Shown here: piece after piece, positions 1 through 11,340 of the stretch
Position numbering within the stretch: position 1 is the first letter of the stretch
Layout of the letters: every line of letters starts with the position of its first letter
DNA from: Octopus bimaculoides
Taxonomy: Eukaryota
NCBI RefSeq assembly: GCF_001194135.2
Contig: NC_068983.1
Span: 149,171,932-149,207,005, forward strand
DNA: 35,074 nt
Direction: 5' to 3'
The notes under the pieces: generated by a model
Told to the model about the DNA's origin: nothing
What the model saw: the letters and a program-made list of their open reading frames with translations, nothing else
Databases searched by the model: none
Position numbers and translations under genes: made by a program

Positions 1-5
1 TCATT

Positions 6-130
6 TGTGTGTGTGTGTGTGTGTCTGTGTGTGTGTGTGTGCTTGCATGTGTGTGTGTGTGTGTGCTTGCACGAGTGTGTGTACTTGCACGTGTGTGTAT
101 AAACACACATACATACATACATACGCACGA
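6..130. repeat. (GT)n and (CATA)n microsatellite
   Basis: Direct reading. Confidence 0.95.
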
Positions 131-279
131 ATTATAAACATACAAACTAAGGTTTGGTAAGCTTTGTTCTGTGTTGTGGAATCATATTTTGTCTTTTCAG
201 ATATTTTCTTTGTGCTCTTATATCTAATTTACAAACCGTTTACAAACGATTGTTGAAATTTCACACTTGCATGAGTCTT

Positions 280-1140
280 AGTCAATAAACCAATGGTTAA
301 TGTGACTGTTTTAATCGCACAGCATGAAGAGCTTTAGTATAAACGCGGCACTGCGAATCGTTAAAATGTGTTTGTGAAATGTTAGAAGCAATGTATATTC
401 TATATCGAGTATTGTCTAAAATGTGTCTATTCCGAATTTCTAAACTTCGTTAGTTGATTCTCTAAACAAAAGAATTTATTAATGAATACAAACTGCGACC
501 GGTAAATTCTTCTTCCGAATAATCAGTTTCGATCTCCCATGTTATAAACGTTTATTTTATGGCAACAATTGGTGAACTAAATGTACTCGATTGCTATTAG
601 TACACTTGTTATTTGCTCTTTGGCAGTCTTTTAGCGGATAGTGAGAGCTGTTATGCATTTTCCGTCTTTCTTTCACAATTCTTTTATGCCAGGTAAAGAT
701 ACAGTATCGGTATTATTGATTTCCCCTGTGGAGCTTATTGTGTACCAGGCGATAAACTTGTTGCTAGTTCTTTTCGCAACTCATATTCATTCCAGGAATG
801 GAAGTATTTTATTTCGCTTATATTGAAAAGGCCACAAATCAATGCACAAACGCAGCCCTTTCCGTTTTCTCAGATCCTAAAATATATGGGTATCTGTGCC
901 TTGAAATAAATAATCAAATAAATAAATAAATAGACAAAAACAAAGTTAGACATACTTCTGATGAGTGTTATACAGCATGATTTTATGTTCCCAAAACCAT
1001 CAGACGACCTTTTGTTATATACTTCAAGCCAATTTCCCTCATTTACACTGCAATTGGCCTTCCTTACAGGCATCAATGTGAAATTTTCTGCTGAATCAAA
1101 ATCGATCAACATCTTGAAATATGAGCTATGATTCTGATCA
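280..1140 (-). mobile_element. Highly decayed Penelope-like element remnant (RT C-terminus / GIY-YIG region)
   Basis: Manual minus-strand translation gives frameshifted pieces resembling Penelope motifs (SVNE..YNK..SDGF; GNQ..TV..LPGIK..MHN; GEST; LLTK..KF). Alignment by eye only. Confidence 0.4.
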
Positions 1141-2242
1141 GCCGATATCACGTCGTGGTTTCACTCAGCGGTTGAAACCACTTCACTGTACACATGCTGC
1201 TATTGCTTTCCTGAAAGGCATGAATGCCACAGCACTTCCTTGACGAATTCTATAAAAGCTGAGCCTTATTTTAGTGCAGCCGGTATAAGTTTCATTTAGG
1301 TTTTCATCTAGTCACAACTTCCTCACTGTAATCTTCGCAACCCAGTTGCTCTTGTACGCATACTGATTTTGATATAGTTTGTATAATTAGCACCCACTTT
1401 AATAATTATAGTCAACCAAAAAAATTCATTTCATTGAAAATCCCACAAAGTTAGAAGTAATCGTTAGCTTTATAATTAACTGTGCCAAAAGATGTGGGGA
1501 ATAATCAAAGAATTTGAATTAATTCTTTTTCAGTTATCACACCATATAGTGTTCATCCATTAAAATCATATTGCGCCTTTGTCATCTAAAATTTGATAAT
1601 AACGGTTGGCCTACGTTTCACCAGTTTAACTTTTTTTTTCTTGCCCCTCCTCTCGGTACAATGCGGTATGCACGACTCTGACGACTTCTTGTGCTGTTGT
1701 CGTCTGCAGTGTTTGCTTTAGATTTCTCCTTCTTTTGAAAAACACGGTGTTCGTCGGGAATATGCGCGTTCAGAACAGAAAACTAATGAGTATTTATCAA
1801 TTTTACAATGTCCTCTACTAATAATAGTAAGCAGCACCTACTCACGTTTAGGTAGTATTAGTCACTGAGAGTTAATTATGTTGGTGACGAGCGTATAACA
1901 CACGTGTCACTAGCACAATACGAACTTCTGATAGCTCGGATGGTTTTTCAGGTATTGCTTTTATTTGGCTATTCACGCCTTCATTCAAATTAGTTACGAG
2001 ACGACAACCATTTTTTTTCTAAATATGGATTATAAAAGCCATTGAGTTTTCCCATTATTATGGCTTTCACAAATGGAAACTAAATATTTACTTCGATAAT
2101 GAAAGAACATATTCGCCGATCGAAACATATTTCATTCGGACTGCAATCAATATATTGACTTGATCTTAGTCTGAGTTATTTCAACAAACGGCAACAGTCT
2201 CTTCACTATGATTAATTGTTTGGATTGTTGCAGTTCAAAGAG

Positions 2243-2400
2243 AGCCGTGGAAATGGCCGAGGTAGTAAAAGCGTCGAAAGAAATGCTTTAAAGTATGTAG
2301 CTCCGGTTCCCAGTTCAAATCTGATCGAGAGAGGCTTTAATTTTCAAGATTAAATAAAAATAAACTGGAATATCTATAATACATTAGGAGTTGATTCAAC
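2243..2400 (+). mobile_element. Old degraded tRNA-derived SINE (similar to the copy at 12411)
   Basis: A-box-like TGGCCGAGGTAGTAAAAGCG and B-box-like CAGTTCAAATC, with faint similarity to the 12411 copy. Confidence 0.35.
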
Positions 2401-2655
2401 TGTATTCACTTCGTCATTAGTCTATAGCCTCTTGCCTAATTATCTTAAGTATTGTTGGACTTCAAAGGAAGTGTTGTTAATTTGTTCGAAATAGAAATGC
2501 ATTAGATTGAGAACTTAGCAACATTTAGTTTCATCTTCACTAACGAGTTTAAATTTATACCAGTGTCGACTTAATCCGTTTGATTCCTGCTTGCCAAACA
2601 TAGAATACTGGTAATTTATTATGGAAACTGTGTGGATATCAGTCGTGCACAAGTG

Positions 2656-3077
2656 TTTTCTTTTATTTGTTTTAGTCATTTGACTGCGGCCATGCTGGAG
2701 CAGCGCTTTTTGTCGAACAAATCGACCCCAGGAATTATTCTTTGTAAGCCTAGAACTTATTCTATCGGTCTCTTTTGCAGAACCACTAAGTTACGGGGAC
2801 GTAAACACACCAACATCGGTTGTCAAGCGATGGTAAGGGGACAAACACAGACACGCAAATACACACACACACACATNNNNNNNNNNNNNNNNNNNNNNNN
2901 NNNNNNNNNNNNNNATATACGACGGGCTTCTTTCAGTTTCCGTCTACCAAATCCACTCACAAGGCTTTGGTCGGCCCGAGTCTATAGTAGATGACACTTG
3001 TCCAAGGTGATACGCAGTGGAACTGAACCCGGAACCATGAGGTTGGGAAGCAAGCTACTTACCACACAGCCACGCCT
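2656..3077 (-). mobile_element. Composite tRNA-derived SINE (family A) with internal (TG)n microsatellite
   Basis: Minus strand: AGGCGTGGCTGTGTGGTAAG...GGTTCAG (A/B boxes), CCTTGGACAAGTG (CORE-like), GAAAGAAGCCCGTCGTATAT, then microsatellite/N-gap, then a 3' part ending GCTCCAGCATGGCCGCAGTCAAATGACT. The head recurs at 6317 and 7801 and the tail at 34883. Confidence 0.85.
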
Positions 3078-3089
3078 AAAAATAAAAAC

Positions 3090-3190
3090 ATATGTGTGTC
3101 TGTGTTTCCGTTTGTCCTCCACCACCGCTTGACAACTTGTGGTCGTTTTGTTTATGTCCCAGCAACCTGGCAGGTTTGCGTCGGTCAGAA
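3090..3190 (+). mobile_element. Fragment of the family A SINE middle domain
   Basis: GTTTGTCCTCCACCACCGCTTGACAAC matches the reverse complement of 2815-2850. Confidence 0.55.
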
Positions 3191-3339
3191 ACTGTCTGTT
3201 ACTGGTATGAACTCCGAACATACAATGTCGTAACTAAATATTGCAAGACATTTTTTCAGACACTGTAATAATATATATTCATCGCTCTCATTTGATGTAC
3301 GTATATTTATTTAAATTAACGTTTAAGTAATATAAAATG

Positions 3340-3703
3340 TGGTAAGGGCAGCGGACTCTCAGTCGTAGGATCGCGGTTTCGATTCCCAGACCGGGCGTTG
3401 TGAGTGTTTATTGAGCGAAAACACCTAAAGCTCCACGAGGCATCCTGCAGGGGATGGCGGTGAACCCTGCTGTACTCTTTCACCACAACTTTCTCTCACT
3501 CTTACTTCCTGTTTCTGTTGTGCCTGTAATTCAAAGGGTCAGCCTTGTCACACTGTGTCACGCTGAATATCCCCGAGAACTACGTTAAGGGTACACGTGT
3601 CTGTGGAGTGCTCAGCCACTGGTACGTTAATTTCACGAGCAGGCTGTTCCGTTGATCAAATCAACTGGAACCCTCGTCGTCGTAACCGACGGAGTGCCAA
3701 CAG
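3340..3703 (+). mobile_element. tRNA-derived SINE (separate family), slightly 5'-truncated, with 11-bp TSD
   Basis: B-box GGTTTCGATTCCC, GC-rich body and RTE-like tail GTCGTCGTAACCGACGGAGTGCC. Direct repeat AATATAAAATG at 3329-3339 and 3704-3714. Confidence 0.85.
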
Positions 3704-3794
3704 AATATAAAATGATGATGCTTAATCGTAATGACGTCTTTTTAAAAACCATATTCTATAGGTTTATTACTAATTAGTTTTGTAAGTGCGACTC

Positions 3795-3947
3795 GGCCTA
3801 AAATATTGATTTCAAATTTTGACACAAAGTCAGCAGATTCATCGAAAGGATGAAAGGTAAAGTCAACCTCTGTGGAATTTGAACTCAGGATGTAAAGGCG
3901 GGCGAAACGCCGCTAAGCATTTTGTTCGGCGTGCTAACGATTCTGCC
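3795..3947 (-). mobile_element. tRNA-derived SINE family B, partial
   Basis: Reverse complement GGCAGAATCGTTAGCACGCCGAACAAAATGCTTAG...GAGTTCAAATTCC...CCTTTCATCCTTTCG aligns with the 12411-12632 copy. Confidence 0.8.
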
Positions 3948-4099
3948 CCGACCTAAAACATTATTCAGTTTAACATGACCCACAGCCCCTTTAGGTAGGG
4001 GCATCGGTATCTGTTTGGATACGCAACGTCCCTATATAAATATTTTCGCTGAAAGACTTCCATTTAACATATTAATGCCTATGTATTTTTAAAATAGAT

Positions 4100-4345
4100 C
4101 GAACCTGATCTGATTATGATAGTCATTAATATGATGATGATGCTTATAATTATGATGGTTATTTTGATAATGATAAAAATTGACGAAGAGAATATACATG
4201 AAGACGAAGAATGATAGTGATAGTCGTGGCTGTAATAATTATTACGATAGTGATAATGAGAACCGAGTGTGTGGTGGTGTAAGATGATGATTTCATACAA
4301 AGATTATGGTGGCAATGATGATGCGGATAAAGATAATTATGATAC
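4100..4345. repeat. Degenerate (ATG/GAT)n trinucleotide low-complexity tract
   Basis: ATGATGATG, GATAATGAT and GACGAAGAA variants. Confidence 0.85.
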
Positions 4346-4399
4346 TGTTGCATAACTTACATAAAAATTACACACAAGCACGAATATATGTGTATATGT

Positions 4400-4433
4400 A
4401 CGACTATATAAATATATATACATATATACGTAA

Positions 4434-4474
<41 letters not shown>

Positions 4475-4766
4475 CACGCGCGTGCATACGCGTGTGAGGG
4501 TGTGTAGTAAGTATACACACTACTCACTCATTATGTCAGAAAGCTAGCCAGACATCTGTTGTAGCAAATATATTATTCTACGAGGACCCATTCATCAGAG
4601 AAGTGCATGAAAAAACAACAAGATGTTGAAATACATTAAAACTATGGAGAAAATTATGCAAGCAAAAATCGTCTGAGCGTCAAGTCTATTTATGTATTAT
4701 GAGTGTGAGCGCACACGTATAAACACATATACACACACTTCACACACATACACAAACACACACACA

Positions 4767-4801
<35 letters not shown>

Positions 4802-4867
4802 GTATGTATTTTGTGCGTATGTATGTTGGTGCTCACACCGCGTACATACAAACGTACAAGCACACTC

Positions 4868-4907
<40 letters not shown>

Positions 4908-4975
4908 ACACATACTCACACACACGCGCACGCATGTGCGTGTGTGTGTGTGCGCACGCGCGTGTGTGTGTGTAT
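4400..4975. repeat. Compound (TA)n/(CA)n/(GC)n/(TG)n microsatellites (4400-4515 and 4705-4975)
   Basis: Direct reading. Confidence 0.9.
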
Positions 4976-5719
4976 ACTTTTAATATTTTAATGGTTTCAG
5001 TTATTGGACTGCCACCGGGATGAGACATCTCACTCAAGAGTTTTTCGATCATTCGATGATCTCAAACCCAGTGTGTTTTTACTATATCTGTGGTAATTAT
5101 GTGTGTGGGTGTGTGTGTGTTTGTCTGTGCGTCTGTCTGTATGTCTGTCTGTCTATGAGTGTGCGTATGCGTGTGTAAACATATAAATGTAAACAAGAGA
5201 AAGCGAGTGAGTCATGCTGAAACTAGAGTGATGTAATTTATTAAAACTTAAACTACACAAATCATTACTATGGGTTTCTCGTAGCCGATATTCGGACGAT
5301 TATAAAAATAGAATATGATATTGATATATAATGAGCATACAGTAAAAATGTTTGGAACAACAGCGAACGCCGGTCAACATGAACTGGTAACTCATATCGT
5401 AATTTTATGATTATGATATCTATTATTTATCAGGAAATGAAAAGAGATTAGATTTAGGAAATCTTTATCGATCTGAGTGCAGATGTTATATCATAAAATA
5501 TTACTTGGTCTATTTTTTACGTTTGGAAACAAAATGATTTTTGTACCTTCCCATAGCATCGTGCTGAGCAGCAGTGACGTTAATAGACAATGTTCAGATT
5601 TTTGTGACTCACTTTATGCCATGTATTTTTCGTCCTTATTCTCCATACAGCGACCCAACTAAATACACGTAGCTCCAGTCGCCAAATGATTATACACTTT
5701 TTTCTTGTTGAGGATATAT

Positions 5720-5744
5720 TTCACTCTCTCTTTCTCTCTCTCTT

Positions 5745-5781
<37 letters not shown>

Positions 5782-5815
5782 ATCATATGCGCGCGCGCGC
5801 ACTCACACTCGCTCT
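5720..5815. repeat. (CT)n(CA)n(GC)n compound microsatellite
   Basis: Direct reading. Confidence 0.9.
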
Positions 5816-6316
5816 CACAAGTAAATACACTAAAAAGAACTATAATGAAATACAAAGTAATAATCATCAAAATAATAAAATGACTACACGTGTTTCATAA
5901 CCAAATTTTCAAATAGAAAATAAAATAAAATAAAATCGATTAAAATAAATCGATCGAAAACCAATTCTATTCAAAAATATAGCTATTCTTCGGGTCAAAA
6001 TAATAATAAAATGAATGTATATATATCAACCAACACTAAATAACAAATGAATTTATATAGAAATACTTATTATATCAAGTTACCGGGACGCTAACACCAA
6101 CATCGGTNNNNNNNNNNNNNNNNNNNNNNNNNNNNNNNNNNNNNNNNNNNNNNNNNNNNNNNNNNNNNNNNNNNNNNNNNNNNNNNNNNNNNNNNNNNNN
6201 NNNNNNNNNNNNNNNNNNNNNNNNNNNNNNNNNNNNNNNNNNNNNNNNNNNNNNNNNNNNNNNNNNNNNNNNNNNNNNNNNNNNNNNNNNNNNNNNATAT
6301 ATATATATGCATATTC

Positions 6317-6392
6317 TGGAGTGGCTGCGTGGTTAGTAGCTTGCTTACCAGCCACATGGTTCCGGGTTCAGTCCCACTGCGTGGCACCTTGG
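6317..6392 (+). mobile_element. Family A SINE head, 3'-truncated
   Basis: GGAGTGGCTGCGTGGTTAGTAGCTTGCTTACC...GGTTCAGTCCCACTGCGTGGCACCTTGG is nearly identical to the head of the 2656-3077 copy. Confidence 0.85.
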
Positions 6393-7800
6393 CCACCCCA
6401 TTCACTTTCTCAGATGTCATCATTTGAAAGCACGATCGACTAAATTAACGTTTGAAATGAGTTCATTTGGACATGTTTAGAATATGTAAATAAACCGAAC
6501 GCATAAGGTTTTGTCTTGATATCTCCTGTAAGTTTTCATGCAATTAATCTTAATGAAAAGTATAGAAATCAAAATAAAAAGGAAAATAAGGTCGGATGGA
6601 ATTTATTTAATAGAACGAAGCATTTACCGTAGAACGACAATTAGCCATTTAATGACTTTTATGGTGACAATAGTAGTAAGATAAGGGAGTAGCAAATAAA
6701 TTCTGTATTATGAATTCATCCACACCGTTCTTCATACAGTTCCATCGAAATCACGCTCTCATCGACATATATACAATTTGTGTGTGAGAGTATATGGACA
6801 TTAATTCATGTAAATGTGTGTATTTATGTAGGCGCGCACACACACGTTTTGCTTCGAATTTTTTAAACGCATTTCTTCGCTTATCTGTTGAATTGAAATA
6901 TTATGAAATACAAGATTGTATTATGTTATTCCTCTGAGAAAATACCTTGTGGTATATAGTTATGTTCTGAATTCAAATTTCATTGAAGTCGATTCTTTCT
7001 TTCATTATTTTATTTATTTGCAGTTCATAAGTACCAGTCATATTCAAGTTGATTCAATGGACCATACCCTACACCAAATTCTTCGTCTTGTAAAAATAAA
7101 ATACATTTTCAATGATATATTCTCTCTGTTTGTTTCTGGGTTTGAGGATGTTTTTACATGGAATATAAGATTGTTTTAGGCCATCTTGCGTTTTGACTGG
7201 CATCGTAGCATAAAGCTATGTGAATAAGTTATTTCTGTGTGTGCCTATATATTTATGAGCACTGAACATACTAGATGATCGTATTAATGTGGAAAAGTTT
7301 CTCATCGTTTCAGTTATTTTGTTTTTCCTGTGGACGGAATGTTTGCTAAGTATGTAAGTGCTTCAAATAAAAGTTACCTGCAGTAGTTCTTGGATTGAAG
7401 GGTACTCTCGTGTGATTGGTTGTTTGTAAATGATTTCCTTTATTTATCACTGCAAAAGCTTCTATAACAATAGTTGTCACAGTACTATCTAATGCTGCAA
7501 ATTCATGTCACTTTAATCTGTAAATCTTTGTTATTTCAAATGTTTTACTCTCTCTTTGATTGATACGTTCCTATCCACAAGAAATAAGTTTTCAGGAAAT
7601 GGTATGCATTTTATTTTTGTATTCTTTCCGGATTATATACGATCGATTGGCTAAGATATCGGTCGATATACGCGGTTATGTTTCCTATATGCTTACACCA
7701 TTGGTTCTCGGGTATTTTTAAGGTTATTTTGAGCGTTTTTTTCTATAGTGTCTATTGTATTATATCGGAGAATTTATCAGTGAAAATTCATAATATATAG

Positions 7801-7974
7801 AGGCGCAGGCATGGTTGTGCGGTTAGGAAAACCGCTTGGCAACCATGTGGTTTCGGGTTCAGTCCCACTGGGCGATGCTTTGGGCAAAGTGTCTTCTACT
7901 ATATCCCCGGGCCAAGCAATGCCTATGAGTGAATTTAGTCAACGGAAACTGCGGGGAAATCCACTATATATATA
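7801..7974 (+). mobile_element. Family A SINE 5' half, diverged
   Basis: AGGCGCAGGCATGGTTGTGCGG...GGGTTCAGTCCCACTG...TTGGGCAAAGTGTCTTCTACTATA...GGAAACTG, ending in (TA)n. Confidence 0.8.
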
Positions 7975-7984
7975 GGAAAAATAG

Positions 7985-8620
7985 AAGTTGAAAATGGACT
8001 GAGAATAGTTAAAATATTTTTATTAATATATATAAGACTTTAACCGGTTTCACAGTGTACACTGATTTTCAAAAGGTTCAAATAGAAAGACGTAGCTTAT
8101 GTCGCAGCTATCTTGCTTTTGCTTGAAGCTTACCTTATTTTTATAGGGAGTTCATAGCTCAAGTTAGTATTATGCTTTGAATAAGATTTGCTTGGTAGAG
8201 GATAGTCACATGACTGATCTTATAAATTTTTGTAAGTTTCCCGCTACATTCGTGCGTTAGTATTATTCATAGGACCTCAACATGCTTCATTTTATGAAAT
8301 TGACGCTAAAAAATAGTACAGACACTATGATAGAATTTGTTTCTTCTATTTCGTTCCTTATATTTAGTTACCATCTGAACAATAACTTCAGTTACCATAT
8401 GTACATATTTTAATTCACTATTTCGATGTATCATGTAGGATTTGATCTACTCCGTCATTCCCACTTAATTGCATGTTTCCTTAATGTTTCGTCTATTCCT
8501 TTGCAATTTCATGCTTCGTTTTGTCTATTTTGCTCTGTTTTATATTTTTCTAGCATATTTTTTTTAAATTCTTACCCGAATCTTTATATCCTCACTGAAC
8601 ATTTGAACTGTTTGGAATAG
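7985..8620 (-). mobile_element. Possible decayed Penelope-like GIY-YIG / 3' end remnant
   Basis: Weak motif-like pieces (KNLKK; CS.G; FYK) and a GAAACCGGTT...AATAAAAATATT end. Low certainty. Confidence 0.25.
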
Positions 8621-8837
8621 TAATACTATATGAGTGTCTTATTTAGCAAAACAACTTCAAAATTAGCAACAGTAGACAACTTGGCATTCCTTCTTAGATT
8701 ATATGACCAACTATATTCTACAATTTTTGACGAAAATTCTGTCCAGAGTGCAATCACAATGCGAAAAAACGAAGTAGACCTTGATTCAGACAGTCATATC
8801 ATGGAATTCTCCAGATTCGTTTGTTGTTTTGCATGAC

Positions 8838-9075
8838 AGAGTTAACGCCAAGGAGTATTTAGGTTGATCGTGTCCAAATATTGTTTCGTGATGGTAACTC
8901 CATCTCTCAGAACGATGATGCGCTAATTCTTATTGTCAGTGTGATTCACAATTGGCACGAAGAGCACGAAAGGGAAAGAAAGCATTTGGACTGGCCCTTA
9001 CAATTACCAGATTTCAATATAATCGAACATTTATGGTGCATTTTGGAGCAGCAAGAATGAAACTACGTATCCCTT
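8838..9075 (+). mobile_element. Tc1-family (DD34E) transposase remnant
   Basis: Manual translation (absent from the ORF track): RVNAKEYL / VQILFRDGNSISQNDDALILIVSVIHNWHEEHERERKHLDWPLQLPDFNIIEHLWCILEQ. This corresponds to the Tc1 motifs FQDDNAP and WPxQSPDLNxIEHLW. Confidence 0.85.
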
Positions 9076-9759
9076 TCAGTTTATATCGAACGACTGAACT
9101 CAGGAACAATTTCTAAAAATCGCTGGCCAGGTAGTTCTTATACGGAGTATTACCGGTTTCAGTTAAACTCGGCAGGCTTGGGAATGCTGTCCGCTTGACT
9201 TGTCCGAGATTCGCACATAAAGAGTTAACTTCTTCATGCATTCCTTCAGTGTCTGAGTATTTCTGATTTGTGAATTTCTGTTGTATTTCCAAAATTTGTT
9301 TCTTTTAACTTATTTCTAATAGGTGGAATCAGCACTAACAAATGAAGTAGGTCATACTTGTTGAAAGGCCCGAAATTCGGCACAGTTTTTATCGTCTTCG
9401 TGATGCAACCAAATTCAAGATGTGAATTTCTACTAGCAAACATAGGTTAGGACATTTTACAGGCTTGAGCTTATAGTGAAAGGTGTATATTATGCCTCTT
9501 AGAAGATGTGGCTGGATTGAATTTTACAAAAGTTAGGTGAGAACTGCAGCACTTATTTCAATGACTAGGACGAATTTTGAGCTTCATCTGAAAACAATAG
9601 TGACTAGTGAACAATTACCCCGAATAACATACTGGTGTTTTTTGCTTTTTTTTCTCTGTGCTTTGTTTTGTAGATTTCTACATGTATATATTATGTGTAT
9701 TTAACTCTGAGCCCATATGTGTATATGAGTATATGAAAATATGGGTGCGCGCGCGTATG

Positions 9760-9855
9760 TGCCCGTGAGTGCCGGTATGTATGTGAATATATATATATAT
9801 ATATATGCATGCATGTATGTATGTATGTATATGTATGTATGTATGTATATATATG

Positions 9856-9913
<58 letters not shown>

Positions 9914-9945
9914 TGTGTGTGTGTATAAACTTACATATATATATA
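9760..9945. repeat. (TA)n(TATG)n(TG)n compound microsatellite
   Basis: Direct reading. Confidence 0.95.
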
Positions 9946-9948
9946 AAT

Positions 9949-10530
9949 TGTACACACCTGTAAAAAAAAACTCGTGTATTATTTGCTTATTTCGTATAAA
10001 GAATTCAATGATTAAATAAATTCTACAAATTTTATTGTTTAGCGATGTGTTGATATCAACAAACGCTCACAGAACATGTCATGACGCATGTCTTGAAAAT
10101 ATCCATTGCCTTGCTTTTGTGATTGATGACTATCGTTATTTTGGCGTTTCTTCATCTACTTTTTAAAATCGTTAAATTCTCAACGTTGTCAGTATTAAAT
10201 AATTTTGCGAAATTTTGGGAAAAAATGCCTTTATCACACATGTAATAGTTTTTTCGTGATTATAATGCAAAATTAGGGAAAATATGAATAATGTTTGAGA
10301 TAGAAAAAACAATCACGTATTTTTCAGTTCTTTTGTGAAATGTCTAACCATGTATGCTGGAATGTGACAAAATAGCATGAAGATAAAATGAAGCATGTTT
10401 TTAAATAATTTTTAAGTAATCTAATGCAATGTAGAAATGGTCAGCACTGGAAGAAACTGGTAGGGTAAGTTTGGTTTCATTTCATATATATATTTTGTAA
10501 TGTGATTGCTGACCTAAATACTGTAAAAAT
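9949..10530 (+). repeat. Unclassified interspersed repeat, copy 1 (homologous to 33779-34320)
   Basis: Colinear shared blocks: TGTACACAC...AAAAAACT; CAAACGCTCACA; TTGGCGTTT..TTCATCTA; TTAAATTCT; GTTTGAGATA; GACAAAA.AGCATGAA; AAGAAACT; GTTTCATTTC; ATGTGATTGC. Confidence 0.8.
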
Positions 10531-10554
10531 GTGCATATTTCACAATGTTTTCAT

Positions 10555-10600
10555 TACATACATACATACACAGACATACACGCAGACACAGACACACACA

Positions 10601-10636
<36 letters not shown>

Positions 10637-10643
10637 TGTATGT
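10555..10643. repeat. (CATA)n/(CA)n/(TATG)n microsatellite
   Basis: Direct reading. Confidence 0.9.
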
Positions 10644-11339
10644 CATTATTCAGATTTATTCCAAGATTTCTTGTCAATAGAGAAAGAGCCGGTTTCTAAC
10701 CCAGATCTAAAGCTCCTTCATAGGAATTTCATCATCAACAACAGGGTATTTTTGTATGTATGGATAGTTGTATGTAAATGTGCAGATTTGTATATTTTAT
10801 ATATGTATGTATTCTCATGCATATAGTTGCATATCTAGACATGTTCATATATCCTTAAAGGATAAACTTCTGGAAAGTTTTACAGACTTTTACAGTTCCA
10901 GTGATGGCTTCGATCTGTAGTCTTCGAAGTAACTTTCTCCTTTCTGGTTTTGAGAAGCCTAATTTCTCTAGATTGGTATTTAGGTAGTATGTTACATATC
11001 CCAGTGCCCAAATAATTGCAGGTGTAAACTTGAACTTGTAGTCTGGATAGAGCAAAGGCAGATTTCTCAATAGTTCAGCGTAAGTATTCTCATTGACCTT
11101 CAGCTTTATAACATCCGCTGGGCAGCTGATTTCCACAACTGTACAGTTTCTCTTTATCCCAAATCATTATATCAGGTCTATTGTGTTTGTATTTTATTGG
11201 GGTTTTCAGTGGGACATTTCATCAGTACTCCTTTTTATTATGAGTGACTATGGCTTCCACCATACTGTGGGTTCATATTTCTTTGTCCTCCGGATTATCC
11301 TTTCGATGGATCTCGTAATAAAATGTCATGTCTCATCGT
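10632..11339 (-). mobile_element. R4/Dong-like non-LTR retrotransposon, 5'-truncated copy A (REL endonuclease + 3' UTR + (ACAT)n tail)
   Basis: MRHD..., EISCPADV.I.LK..ENTYAELLRNL.LLYPDYKFKF.PAII.ALGYV are restriction-like endonuclease motifs. The 3' UTR ends GACATACATACAT. Confidence 0.85.
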
Positions 11340-11340
11340 G

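Noticed and set aside
1155-1181. Perfect 9-bp hairpin GTGGTTTCA-N9-TGAAACCAC
   Set aside because: Short and isolated, expected by chance in 35 kb, and terminators are irrelevant here.
1618-1782. 54-codon minus-strand open frame after a TAG (FSVLNAHIPDEHRV...KKKLNW*)
   Set aside because: Weak pyrimidine tract, no recognisable homology and no partner exon.
4079-5052. ORFs rich in HTHT, CVCV, YIYI, II or MM (also at 9701-10019, 26973-28212 and 33372-33797)
   Set aside because: These are translations of microsatellites with no coding signal.
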